A DNA stretch of 64,000 nt from Marsupella aquatica (taxonomy: Eukaryota; Plantae; Marchantiophyta), in the NCBI GenBank assembly GCA_973895155.1, contig OZ316892.1, forward strand, positions 11,844,238-11,908,237. Reading direction: 5' to 3'. Numbering within the stretch: position 1 is the first letter of the stretch; each line of letters opens with the position of its first letter. The notes beneath the pieces were generated by a model. It was not told where the DNA came from, did no database searches, and saw only the letters and a list, made by a program, of their open reading frames with translations. Positions 25,221-36,968 of the stretch are shown piece by piece. The position numbers and the translations under genes were made by a program.

Positions 25221-26346
25221 CCATTGCAGAGATTCATGTTCTAACATACTACCGAGCTGAACCATCTAATGATCTAATCGGTATCTAAGCAAAATCGGAC
25301 CGACTGAAGGAACGAATTAGGGCAGTGGTGATGAAATGATGCAGTATATACCCTGCACTTAGCGATCGAATGAATGATTTGATGAGTGAACGAAACAACT
25401 AGGTCAACCGATGTCAAGTGGTTGAATGTAACGGGTGCAGAACATGAATGGATCAAAAGAACGAAGGAATGAAGAAGTTATAAGTGAACTATTTTTATTT
25501 CCTTTACCCAAGTAATATACACTAAAGTTCATTCCAAGCTGAGAATGTTCTGAAATTCGGCTTCTGGCAACGAGCCAAACTTAGAAGGATCTTTAGGCTC
25601 TGTTGCTGTTGGATTGACTAAGTAGAACTAGTTAGGAAAGCGGTTTCTTTTAACGCTGTTTATCGCGGTTCAGATCGACTATAGGCTGGATTGATTCTAA
25701 ACAGTTTTTGTGAGACTGGTCTTCTTGAGATATGACAACCGTGAACCGTGTTCGGTCTCAGGTCCCTGGGAGGCAGTCTACAATCGAAAGTGCCAATTAG
25801 GGGGAGCGGTGGTGTTGGGCTAGCTTCGCTTTTAAACAGCTCTCAATGATTTTCTCGTGCAGTTGAGGAGTAATTTTTCCCAGTGCAGGTTTGTGATGTT
25901 TTTTACGCTGAAATATCTATGGCGATGTATCCTCTGGCATGCCAATGTGTCGTTCGGCGACTTAACCAAGCTGGCAACCGATGGTAACATTGCAGTGGGT
26001 CCAGTTTTGTGGACCTGATCTTTCTCTTTCCTCTAGCAGCTCTTGCTTTAGTCCGGAGTGCTAAAAATTGAGGGCAAATTAATTTGATTTTCTTGTTTCA
26101 GATAAGTGAAGTTCCCTCCTCAGCTGCTGGTTGCTTGAAGGCCGAGTAAATTTTTTGTCCAATCTTTAGAACATAGGAGAGAGTATTCTCGTTTCTGTCG
26201 GGGTGGAGGACTCTTAGGTGAGAATGTGGAAGTTTCCGACGGAGAATAGATAGATAACAGGGGTTACCAGCGGGATATCAGCCATAATTAGGCATAACTG
26301 CACTTAGGTGAGTAGGTCCTTTATGCTGGGAGGAGGGTTCGGAGAG

Positions 26347-27113
26347 ATGGCGGGCCTGACGACTGTACCAGGAGCACCGACTACTTCGCTGCAGCGGCTC
26401 TACCACGTCGAAAAGGTAAGGTTTATGTCGAAATGTTAGTCAACGTTTTTCTGGTTGTCAAAGGTGTCTTATCCAAGTTTTCCCTTGCAGATTAGCTGCC
26501 CTGTGAACTAGAATGTTGAGAAAATATGGACTGCCCTACCGACTGTAACGAGGTTGCTGTGATTTTGTTCTGCAGAGGATCGTCCATACCGTTGATTTAG
26601 CTGGTGGAGTGATGGAGGAGTTAGCGAAGCCAGCTGGTCCTAGGAGTGATGTGGTTGCTGCTCAGTGTCATGAATTCATGCAAGCTGTGAAGGTGAGCTT
26701 ATGTAGTGAATTCACTTTCTGGCTGGCATAACTAACAGAGGCGCTGTAGTGATCATCCAGATATTTAAGCGGTCTGTTTTCGCGTTTCTTGAGATATCTA
26801 ATCAGAAGTAGAGTCTTATTTCGGCTGAAATGCTTTTGATTAAGGCCCCGAAATTCTCTGCAACATCACCGTAGTTGCGATTCATTTCCTTGAGATACTC
26901 GCGTAACGTTTCGTTTCATGTTTTATACAGGAGATCCAAATGACATTACGTGACGAGATAAAGAGCATGTGTGAGTACAGGCCATACGAGAACAATGATT
27001 ACGCAGCCAGAACAGCTACAGAGACAAGTGTGAAGAAAATGGATTGCATAATAGGGCATCTGAATGGTATGGAAGGGGTTGTCCATCAGTACAACTCATT
27101 AGAACCCCAATAG
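26347..27113 (+). CDS. MED11: Mediator complex subunit 11, 122 aa, 3 exons (26347-26415, 26576-26692, 26931-27113)
   Basis: Spliced translation TTSLQRLYHVEK/RIVHTVDLAGGVMEELAKPAGPRSDVVAAQCHEFMQAVK/EIQMTLRDEIKSMCEYRPYENNDY matches plant MED11 motifs; two canonical phase-0 GT-AG introns. Confidence 0.95.
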
Positions 27114-28449
27114 TTCCTGATGAGGTGCAAGGAGACTTTAGACGCAATACCAATGCAAAACGTGGCCAAACGTTCTGATCGGATCACTGCAGACTCTGGA
27201 GTCGTTTTTTCACTTAAATTTTGAGAAATCTTTGTTGCTAATGGACTGATTTGAACTTCAATTTGAAATTTGTTGGAACTTGTTTGGTAGTCCACCATTC
27301 CAGATTTGTGAAGAGCAGGATCATGATCTTTGGCATACTCATCACAATTCAACCATTACAACTTTCAAGTCGCCGAGAATGGTTTTACTGAAACCAACTT
27401 TACTTCTCGACTAGGAGCCCACTGCCAAAGACACTGTTGTAGCCACCAAGTCTCTGGCAATCAAATACGACTCCCTTCCATACACGAGGATCTCAGAATG
27501 CCGAATCGTTCTGTATAGAAGGGAAGGAAGTAACTTTTCATATTTCATGGACGGGCAAGTCATTTGTGTATGGATGTACATACGAGTTGGACTCGTACAC
27601 CGGGGACAGTTTTTGGCCGTTACAATAGTACGTATCAGTTAATGTTATTTTGAAGAGGAATGTTTCTGGTTTGTTGCGTTTTGGGGGGAAGTGCTCGAAC
27701 CTGCAACCCGTACAGATTCGTAGAGGTTGTTGTCTTCCATAGATAAAGGATAGACGTCAGATCTAGCAACTAGACACTTCGACCAGGTAAAGATCTCGCA
27801 CATTATTAGAAATCCAGGAGATATACGGAGGCTTTTATTTTGTTGGAACGTTGATCCATTGTGGGGCGTTGCATCAAGTTCCAGATACATATGTAGCTGG
27901 ACCCTCCACATTTATCTAAGGCGGCCCCAATTTTGAGCCAACAACCTTGATTTTGAGCGAAGAATGTCAGACATTCAAAACGCGGAGTACTTGAAAGCAC
28001 CTTAACTACACCAATTGATCACCAGTAATTCAAGATTGTAATCAAACGATTCTCTTAGAAACCTTGAGGATCTAATTGAGGACATGAAAAGTGTGAGTCT
28101 TTATGACGTTGGACCACTGTGCCCCGAAAGTCTTTCACACTCTCGAATCTTTCGAAGCGTATCGTGATTCACAATTATTATCTCGATTCATCAAGAAGCC
28201 TCTAGTAACTATGGATTTTCTCTAAACATATATGAGCCGTTAGATATACGATTGATGTATTAGAATTTCGAGAAGCAGTTCAGGGAGGTGCAATGAAATT
28301 GTGCCTGTGAAATTTAAGAAAATGAAACGCTGACTGGAAGAAAGGTCTGGTAATGAGAACGAAACCCTGAAACCTTAAATCCTTTCCTAAACCCTAAACC
28401 CTGAAGCCGTAGGTCCTTTCAACTATCGAGATCGAGATACTCCGAAAAT

Positions 28450-29688
28450 CTAGACTGCCATGAAGGGGTTCAGGCCGGGCTGAAAGCAACACTCACTCCA
28501 CAGATAGCCCTGGATATCAATAAAGAAAAAACTCCACAGGTCGTTCAATATGTCGTACACCATAATTCGAGGCAGGTCCTGGTTCCAGTATCGGGGAATT
28601 ATCTCCAGAACCAGGTAATTATACTCAGAGACAAGCGAGTTGAACATCTCACGGGTGTCGATCACACCCAACATATCATGAGCACGACAGCAAGCCACCT
28701 CCGATACTCGATGTGACACCAAATCAATCTTCAAAATTAATACAGCTTCAGCGCCAGTCATGGTCAATATCAGGTTGCCATAACAAACTACCAGGCTGAC
28801 ATCTTCAAAAGTCCAGCGTTCGTCATCATCAATGATTTCCAATCTGATTTCTTCCAGAGTCCCTTCTTCCACGTCGAAGGCCAGTAGACGTGTCGTGTCA
28901 AACAACGACAATGCGTAAAAAATCCCATTAAGATATACGAAATTAGTAAGTTCAGTGCCAACAGGGATTGGATGGGAATATTTTCCACTCCTCCAGAAAC
29001 CAGAGTTGGAATCGTAAACGCGTATAGAATATAGCTCATGAATACCTTCGTACCCGGCCGGATCGTCCATTCGATGACAGACAACAATCACCCTGTACGT
29101 CTCTGCGGACGAATCAATGACCAACTTCAGATGTCGAACGATGATCGGATCCTCTTCAAAATACTCTGGCAGTTGTTTGCACTCCCCGGTCAGAACATTG
29201 CGGACCAGAATCTTAGATTTAAACCAAGGTTCCTTCGAAATCCCATACACGAAAGGGCCTTCTAATAGCAGATCCACTTCGTCACGGGGTAAGAAAGTTC
29301 CTCTAAGGTTGATTAGGTTCTGGAGATTGTCCTTCCGCGCACGAAAGAATGGCAAATGTAGTGACGGCAATCTTTGCCATTTCCCCTTTGTCTGACTGTA
29401 CACTGTAACTGGATCGTCAGTTGTAAAAGGAGGGCCGAAGAGAGGCACCCGTCTGTGGAACAGAGGCCCGAAGACACCCCAGTTCTTAGACTCCTCAAGC
29501 ACCCGCCTCTGAAACCCCGCTGCAAGGCACTGTTCTTCTTTATCATTTAGTACAGAAAGTGGCTGGAATCTGGCGTACCATGACCTCGATAGTACCCTAG
29601 CTTTGAATATCTGTGGAAACGGCACCATAGATATGATCTTCTCCACCATTTCATCCGGTAAAGCCTTGCTCACGTCTCCTATCTCCAT
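28450..29688 (-). CDS. F-box protein with C-terminal beta-propeller-like (FBA/kelch-like) region, copy A, 412 aa, intronless
   Basis: F-box LPDEMVEKIISMVPFPQIFKARVLSRSW; VRNVLTGECKQLP, YRVIVV, VYDSNSGFW, VYLNGIFY and LLAFDVEEG motifs. Confidence 0.92.
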   Translation of the reverse strand: MEIGDVSKALPDEMVEKIISMVPFPQIFKARVLSRSWYARFQPLSVLNDKEEQCLAAGFQRRVLEESKNWGVFGPLFHRRVPLFGPPFTTDDPVTVYSQTKGKWQRLPSLHLPFFRARKDNLQNLINLRGTFLPRDEVDLLLEGPFVYGISKEPWFKSKILVRNVLTGECKQLPEYFEEDPIIVRHLKLVIDSSAETYRVIVVCHRMDDPAGYEGIHELYSIRVYDSNSGFWRSGKYSHPIPVGTELTNFVYLNGIFYALSLFDTTRLLAFDVEEGTLEEIRLEIIDDDERWTFEDVSLVVCYGNLILTMTGAEAVLILKIDLVSHRVSEVACCRAHDMLGVIDTREMFNSLVSEYNYLVLEIIPRYWNQDLPRIMVYDILNDLWSFFFIDIQGYLWSECCFQPGLNPFMAV

Positions 29689-30176
29689 TGCCGCACCTTC
29701 AATCGCGTCCGCCCACCAGCGTTGTCTTCAATGTCACCAGATGATTGTACCGAAGGGAAAAGGAACGGCTTCCAAAACGGCTCAGGCAATTGGAGGATGG
29801 CAAGCGGTAGCTCGGCTGCCCGACCACTTCCCGTTGATGAGGGGAAAAGCACTCGACGTTTGAATTGCTTCAGCAGGCCGTCGATACAACTGCACCCATT
29901 TCAGCCCTCCCACCTCGCTGCCGTCTCCTATCCTCTGCTCTCACACTGTTTCAACAGGAGGATCGCAGTCAGTGCATCCGACCCCAAACATGATTACACA
30001 CTCGATCGGATAATCGGTTCCTCTGCAGATTTCTGTCGGCGACGAGCTCAAGTGTCCCCTCGTCCTCAAAGCAGGCAGCCCATCTCAGTGCGAGCTCGAT
30101 CCGCAACGCGCACCATAGCAGAATGCATAGGTCAATTCTTTAATTGAGCGACTGGGTAATTAATTTATTTACTTGC

Positions 30177-30432
30177 CTTGAAAACCGAAAGCAAGCCCAT
30201 CCAACTTTTCTTTTTTTGACTTGGAAACCGAAAGCAGGCCCATCCAACACAGGATTGCTGATACTTGAAAACTGATAGCAAGCCCATCCAACTCTTCTTT
30301 TCTTTGACTTGGAAACCGAAAGCTTAGGGTTTAGGGTTTAGGGCCCATCCAACACAGGATTGCTGATTGCTCTGGAGCATGCATTTGTATGTAGGGTAGC
30401 CAAAGGGGGACAATACCCATCCAACAGAGGAT
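30177..30432 (-). promoter_or_regulatory. Repeat-built promoter region of F-box copy A with site II motifs and a telo-box
   Basis: Repeated GAAACCGAAAGCA(A/G)GCCCATCCAAC units give four RGCCCA (TGGGCY) motifs (30194, 30237, 30281, 30342), plus TTAGGGTTTAGGGTTTAGGG at 30324-30343. Confidence 0.55.
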
Positions 30433-30981
30433 TGCTGAGTGATTAGTAAGTGCTTGTAAACTGTATTCTTTCCCCACCACCTCCGTCCTCTAGGTTTTAA
30501 ATTCAATATACACAAGGATCTCAGCATGCTGAATCGTTCGGTATGGAAAGGAAGGAAGTATGGGAAGGAGCTTAGTCAACAGCGGAGTCTGAAAGTGCAA
30601 AAGCCGGTTTAGATTGACTCATGGACTCATTCCAATCACCTTGTACGAAAGAGAGCTCGGAATTAAGGTGTACTTCGAAAGTATTTCACCACTCTGAGCG
30701 TATCTCGATTCACAATTATAATCCTTCATCAAGAAGCCTCTAGTGACTATGGATTTTCTCTAAACATATATGAGCCGTTAGATATACGATTGATGTATTA
30801 GAATTTCGAGAAGCAGTTCAGGGAGGTGCAATGAAATTGTGCCTGTGACATTTAAGAAAATGAAACGCTGACTCGAAGAAAGGCCTGGTAATGAGAACGA
30901 AACCCTGGAACCTTAAATCCTTTTCTAAACCATGAAGCCGTAGCTCATTTCAGCTATCGAATATCGAGATACTCCGAAAAT

Positions 30982-32250
30982 CTAGACTGCCATGAAGGGG
31001 TTCAGGACGGGCTGAAAGCAACATTCACTCCACAGATAGCCCTGCATCTCAAGAAAGAAAAACCTCCACTCGTCTTTCAATATGTTGTACACCGCAATTC
31101 GAGGGTTGGCCTTGTCCAAGTGTAGGGGAATTTTCTCCAGAACCAGGCAATCAACCTCAGACACCAGCGAGTTGATCATCTCACGGGTGTTGATCACATC
31201 CAACTTATCACGAGCATGACAGCAAGCCACCTCCGATACTCGATGCGATACCAAATCAATCTTCAAAATGTATACAGCTTCGTCAGCGCTCATCATGGTC
31301 AATATCAGGTTGCCATAACAAACTACCAGGCTGACATCGTCAAATGTCCAGCGCTCTCCATCATCAATGATTTCCAATCTGATTTCTTCCAGAGTCCCTT
31401 CTTCCACGTCGAAGGCCAGTAGACGTGTCGTGTCAAACAACGACAATGCGTAAAAAATCCCATTAAGATATACGAAATTACTGAGTTCAATAGGGATTGA
31501 ATGGGCATATTCTCCACTACTCCAAAAACCCGACATGGAATCGTAAACCCGTATAGAATATTGCTCACGCATACCTTCATACCCTGTTGGATCGTCCATT
31601 CGTTGACAGACAACAATCACCTTGTACGTCTCTGCGGACGAATCGATTACCAACTTCAGATGTCGAACAATGATCCGATCCGCTTCAAAAAACTCCGGCA
31701 ACTGTTTGCACTCCCCGGTCAGAACATTGCGGACCAGAATCTTAAATATAAAGCCAGGTTTCTGCCAAATCCCGTACACAAAAGGGCCTTCTAATAGAAG
31801 ATTCAATTCCTCAAGGGGTAAGACAGTTCCTCTCCGTTTTATAAGGTTCCGGCCTTCTAATAGAAGATTCAATTCCTCACGGGGTAAGAAAGTTCCTCTC
31901 ACTTTTATAAGGTTCCGCAGATTTTCGTTCCGGGCATAAAAGAATGGCAAGTGCAGTGACGGTAATCTTTGCCATTTCTTCTCTACTTGACTGTACACTG
32001 TAACGTGATCGTCAGTTGTACAAAGAGGGCGGAAGACATCCCAGTTCTTGGACTCCTCAAGCACCCGCCTCTGAAATCCCGCTACAAGGCGCTGTTCCTC
32101 TGGATCATTTAGTAAAGACTGTGGTTGGAATCTGGCGTACCATGATCTCGATAGGACCCTCGCTTTAAATATCTGTGGAAACGGCACCATTGCTATGATC
32201 TTCTCCACCATTTCATCCGGTAAAGCCTTGCACACGACTCCTACCTCCAT
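30982..32250 (-). CDS. F-box protein, copy B (paralogue of 28450-29688), 422 aa, intronless
   Basis: ATG at 32250 aligns with the copy A start (MEVGVVCKALPDEMVEKII); same motifs; carries a 66-bp in-frame internal tandem duplication (31785-31916). Confidence 0.92.
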   Translation of the reverse strand: MEVGVVCKALPDEMVEKIIAMVPFPQIFKARVLSRSWYARFQPQSLLNDPEEQRLVAGFQRRVLEESKNWDVFRPLCTTDDHVTVYSQVEKKWQRLPSLHLPFFYARNENLRNLIKVRGTFLPREELNLLLEGRNLIKRRGTVLPLEELNLLLEGPFVYGIWQKPGFIFKILVRNVLTGECKQLPEFFEADRIIVRHLKLVIDSSAETYKVIVVCQRMDDPTGYEGMREQYSIRVYDSMSGFWSSGEYAHSIPIELSNFVYLNGIFYALSLFDTTRLLAFDVEEGTLEEIRLEIIDDGERWTFDDVSLVVCYGNLILTMMSADEAVYILKIDLVSHRVSEVACCHARDKLDVINTREMINSLVSEVDCLVLEKIPLHLDKANPRIAVYNILKDEWRFFFLEMQGYLWSECCFQPVLNPFMAV

Positions 32251-35200
32251 TTCCGTACATTCAATCGCGTCCCCCCACAGCGTTGCCTTCAATGTCACCA
32301 GATGTTTGTACAGAATGAAAAAGGAACGCCCACAGCGTTGTCTTCAATGTCACTAGATGATTGACAAAACGGCTCAGGCAAATCGAGGATGGCAAACAGT
32401 AGCTCGGCTGCCCGACCACTTCGACGAGGGGAAAAGCACTCACGTTTGAATTGCTTCAGCAAGCCGTCGATACAGCTGCACCCATTTCAGCCCTCCCACC
32501 TCGCTGCCCTCTCCTATCCTCTGCTCTCACACTATGTCAACAGGAGGATCGCAGTCAGTGCATCCGACCTCAAGCCTAATGACACACTCGATCGGATACT
32601 CGATTCCTCTGCAGATTTCTGTCGACGACGAGCTCAAAAGTCCCCTCGTCCACAAAGCAGGCAGCCCACCTCAGTTCGAGCTCAATCCGCAACGCACACC
32701 ATATCAGAGTGCATGGCTAAACTCTTCGAATGGTGGAGTAACTCTCGAATATGAGCGACTGGGGTATCTTTGCAGCAAGGATCGCTGTGTACATTCAGCG
32801 TACATGCAGAAGCTTGAATGCTGTATCGGTGGACGTGAATTCTGTTCACCAGTACAAACTACCCAATTCTTTTTCAAGCATGCTTGTGAGACAGAACCGT
32901 TAGAATGTGTGTGACAGGTCGATTTGGACTGATCTCCCATGCGAAAGTGAAGAATGTGTGTGACAGGTCGATTTGGACTGATCTCACATGCGAAAGTGAA
33001 GCCTGGAAGGAGAGGGGTTTGCTGTGAAGCCCCCATTTATTTTCGAAGCTGGAATGGAGTAAACTCCTATTAAATTTTAGAGGAAAATGTGTAGATTCTA
33101 GTACAAGGAAAATATGTATTTTCGTACTCCCCAAATTTGGAAGAAGGGAAAAATACAATTTGAAGGATATCATTGTTTTATTAATAAAAGTTTGCTAAAA
33201 TGAGATAGATAGATCAAGAACTAGAAACTGACTCAAAACATCAAAATCTGCTTGGATAGCACTCTCTACAGATTTGACCTGTAAGTTGTTCACTCATGCA
33301 AACTACTAAGTGTGTCCTTCATACAAGTGAAGCCTCCTTCCCAAAAATGTAAGTTGGTGCTCATGCCTGAGTACTGAGGGCATTTTTCACAAAAGTGAAG
33401 CATCTGTTGGCAGCAAAATTGAAACTTTGTCATGTAGGACATTAGAGAACATGTTGGAAAATTTTGAACTGAAAAATGTATCCAAAAGTTGTTTAAATAA
33501 ATGCACAAGTTTTCTGAAAACTAGCATTTCATAGTAGGTTGAGACACCTGGAAAAACTATTTGGGGCGTCCTTCTGAGAAAAGTGAAGTGCCGGTCACTT
33601 TCTATTCGGGAGTAGTTTTGATAAGATAGCCCGACAATGTGGTTTCTGTATGTAAAGTGAAACCGTGTGTGTCGGGATGGGCAACACAAACCCCTCAGTC
33701 TATCTGGGCTTGACTTTTTCTCACATGCAATATGCCTTACACCACTTAGAAACCAAAAGAGGCAGGAAGTGAATTTGTAATAGTAAAAAAGGGGGATAAT
33801 ATCTAAACAGGCCAAACACATTATATTGGTCTCCTTACAAACTGAAATGGAGTGAATTAGATACAGCCATTAAATACTTTGTTTGACTACTTAGAAACAA
33901 TGGAAGTGAGGTCCAGATGGACCTCCATGTTGGACAGAGTGCTCCAGATGGCCACATTTTGGTGGTCCATGGGAATCTTGGGCTTATGACTGATTATAAG
34001 TGGTATCATAATTTTTAGTTTTTCACCTGCAAGACAACTACAGAGAAGGAGGAGAAGCCTAATATTTATTATTATTATAATGAAAATTAATCTAATAGAA
34101 TGTACCCCTCTGCATTCCATGATGAATAACTCAACCGAAATGGCCAAAGACTCAGTGGCACTTTGATGGAAGTGTAGCTTACCTACTCCTCTAGTACATA
34201 GTCAAAACTAAAAAATATTTGAATTTATGAGCATCAAGTTATTACAATTAAACTTGTGGTACATGGGGGCTTCAACAGACCAACTTTGTGGTCCATGGGA
34301 GCATCATTTTCTATAAACAATCCAAGGTCAAAAACAAAATATTTGGGGACATTAAATGATTCCAGATTCTCCTTTAGCCCAGGTACACTATCTTTAATAG
34401 CCCGGGTATAGTGTCGGCACAAACTACCCCAAAGGTCTTGTAAAGCCACCCTCGAAAGCAGCAGATTCCACTCATTCCACAGTCCGGATTTAATCTTAGA
34501 GGGACCCACTACTTGCCATATAGGATTGGTAGACATTGTACTTGCAGGGCTCTCTATTTGATTATAAAGCCAAATGCAGCCCAGTCCAGATTTAATTATG
34601 AGATTGACTCACTACTTGCCCTCTAGGATTCGTAGACACCATACTTGCGCTATGCCTGATTTCTCATAATATCAAATGCAGTAGTGAGGGTCTAGATCTA
34701 ATCTTAGAGGGCATGAAAAGGAGTTTCCCTTCATAAAAGGGTCCAGATGTAATCTTAGAGTGAATGAAAGGAAGAAAATGTGTCCTGGACATATTATTAG
34801 GGAGTCTCAAAGCTTACCATGATGGCATTTGGTCATAAAAAACCAGGTCATAACTTTTTCACAAGATTGTGTAAAAGTTTTTTTTGTTTTTTCTTTCACC
34901 AGCCTCTATAGTAGCCTCTATAGTGACGCCTCTATGCGTGACTACTGGTTATGGCATAAGACCAATCCTTCACCTATTCTTGTGGCAAAAAGTTATGGAC
35001 TATGAATTCTGTAGTCCAATCCTTATGGCAAAAAGTTGTCTCATCCTCTTTTGGCAAAAAGGTGTCTAATACTTATACTTATGGCAAAAAGTTATGGACT
35101 GTGAATTTTGTACTCCATAAGTTTTTGTGTCCCATAAGTGTTTTTATGACCCATAAGTAGACTTAAGGTACGTCAAATTGTCACCTTTGAGACACTGTAT

Positions 35201-35793
35201 TGGGCTCTTCTACAGTAGTTTTCAGGAGCACCTTTTGGCATCCTTTAGGTCTGGAAGTCGAATTCGGGGGAAGCGACACTCATGTCCTCGAGATCTCGGA
35301 ACACATTGTGATTCGACTTTCTTCCGAGCTGTCGATGGTCGTCTGTGGTTCCGATTTCCGCTCTCAGTCTCAGTCTCAGTCGAAGTCGAAAGCACTTGGT
35401 ATGTACCTCGACTTCGTTTCCTCCCTCTCGAGTCTCATGTTGCCTTTTCTTCCTGTGCTCATTTTGGTTCCTGCATTGTGCTCTCTCCTCTTCCTGGTCC
35501 GTGTGTAGCTCACTGTGGACCGCACTACAATGTCGCTACTCAGTCTCAGTTGAAGGTTTTGTTTGCTGTGTTATCCACTGCGGGCTTGATTGGGTTGTTC
35601 TAGTTTTCAAGAGCAATGTTAGGGTCAGTTTTTGGCGTTGTTTAGGTCTGGAAGTCGAATTCGAGGAGATTTGTAATGACTTAATGGTTCTTGAACAGGT
35701 CAATGGTGTCCTCGGATCAGACGCCCTTCAGTCAGGGAATGTGTTACAGGACTGCCCATAGCGCTTAGCTTGCTGTCATTCCCCGGAAGGAGA

Positions 35794-36474
35794 ATGTCGG
35801 AGGACTTACCTGTGCAGGGCACAATTCTGTCGTCGTCGCCGTGCACAGCGAAGGATGCCGCGGCTCTGCTCGGGAAGTTCCTTCAAAGCGATTCTGTCCC
35901 TGAAACTGGGCTTCTCAGGGGTTATCTAGAAAGTGTGACGAGTTGTCTAGAGGAGTTTGCTTCTAGACAGCCTCGGAAACGTAAGGAGAAGAAGTCCAGG
36001 AAGGACAGAGAGGTCGATCGCCAGAGTACCGACGTTCAGGAGCACGCGACTACGTCTGGATTGAACGCCGAGGCTGTGACCTCTGAAGCGGAGCAACAGA
36101 ATGGTTCTAAGAAAGGATCCGGGAAGAAGAGGAAAGGGCACGAGGTCGACGGGGAAGAAAATGAGCAGCATGTTAGTAGGAAAAAGCATTCAAAGAGGAA
36201 GGATGTTGGCCATGCCGTAGACAACGACGAGAACAGGTTTAAGAAAAAATCTCATAAGAAGAGGAAAGAGGGCGGTGTTGCTGTAGGAGACATTGAGCAA
36301 GCTGTGAACGATCAATCACTTTTTGTGAGAAATGATGGCGGTTTTCATTTAGACAATAACGAGCCTATTGGGAAAAAGAAACACCACAAGAAGAGGAAGG
36401 ATAGGGAGCTGGACGTAGAAACAGACGAGATTGAGATCCGGGAGAAAAAGCGGAAGAAGCGAATCGAGCAATAA
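35794..36474 (+). CDS. Lys/Glu-rich putative nucleolar protein with a short folded N-terminal domain, 226 aa
   Basis: Long uninterrupted ORF with ATG at 35794; N-terminal VQGTILSSSPCTAKDAAALLGKFL...LLRGYLESVTSCLEEF, then repeated KKxKKRK basic clusters; resembles an uncharacterised plant family (At5g60030/At1g75335-like, from memory). Confidence 0.8.
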   Translation: MSEDLPVQGTILSSSPCTAKDAAALLGKFLQSDSVPETGLLRGYLESVTSCLEEFASRQPRKRKEKKSRKDREVDRQSTDVQEHATTSGLNAEAVTSEAEQQNGSKKGSGKKRKGHEVDGEENEQHVSRKKHSKRKDVGHAVDNDENRFKKKSHKKRKEGGVAVGDIEQAVNDQSLFVRNDGGFHLDNNEPIGKKKHHKKRKDRELDVETDEIEIREKKRKKRIEQ

Positions 36475-36626
36475 AGAAACAGGGCCGTGTCAAATGGCTG
36501 TGTTTAATTTGAATTGATCAAAAGAAGGTTTTGCAGACGTGGAGCTTCGTCAGCATCAGACTTGCTTCTGGGAAAAAACTTTTATTTTACATTGAGCATC
36601 CAGGTTTTTCCAAGATTGTCTCCACT

Positions 36627-36968
36627 ATGGAACATCTGACAAACCAGTTGCAGACGCGTCATCGCTTAACGGTGGAAGAGGAGGACCGCAGAAGTGTGGG
36701 TAGAGCGGTTTTGGGAGATGATTCCTGAGATTATGGCACATTTGGTGTAGCGATTTCTTTTCGTATGCAGCATTGACCGATCTTCCAGCTGCTCCTTACT
36801 CTGGTGAAGATTGCACGGAGAGAGTTAGAAGAATTGGAGGCTAGGAGGCTGCAGAAACAATTGGCAGCCAGGAGGCAGCAGGATCCGAGAGGAGCAGTAG
36901 GAAGCAACAGGGGGCAGCAGCAACCGGGAGGGGCCAGACGACGCCAGGACCGAATTCGTTCTGTATGA
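36627..36968 (+). pseudogene. Candidate 114-codon reading frame interrupted by two in-frame TGA codons
   Basis: ATG at 36627; TGA at 36726 and 36774; terminal TGA at 36966; coiled-coil-like C-terminal part LVKIARRELEELEARRLQKQLAARRQQ. Confidence 0.35.

Noticed and set aside
25230-25460. Possible C/D snoRNA or hairpin (GTGATGA box; ATTCATGTTCT / AGAACATGAAT inverted repeat)
   Set aside because: There is no properly placed CTGA D box with a terminal stem and no recognisable rRNA guide; it is more simply the rpl36 3' UTR.
29797-30147. Antisense ORF open in both F-box duplicates (also 32389-32754), with compensating 5-nt and 1-nt indels
   Set aside because: Manual codon comparison shows substitutions spread evenly over the three codon positions and mostly non-synonymous. 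This fits recent duplication of non-coding leader rather than coding selection.
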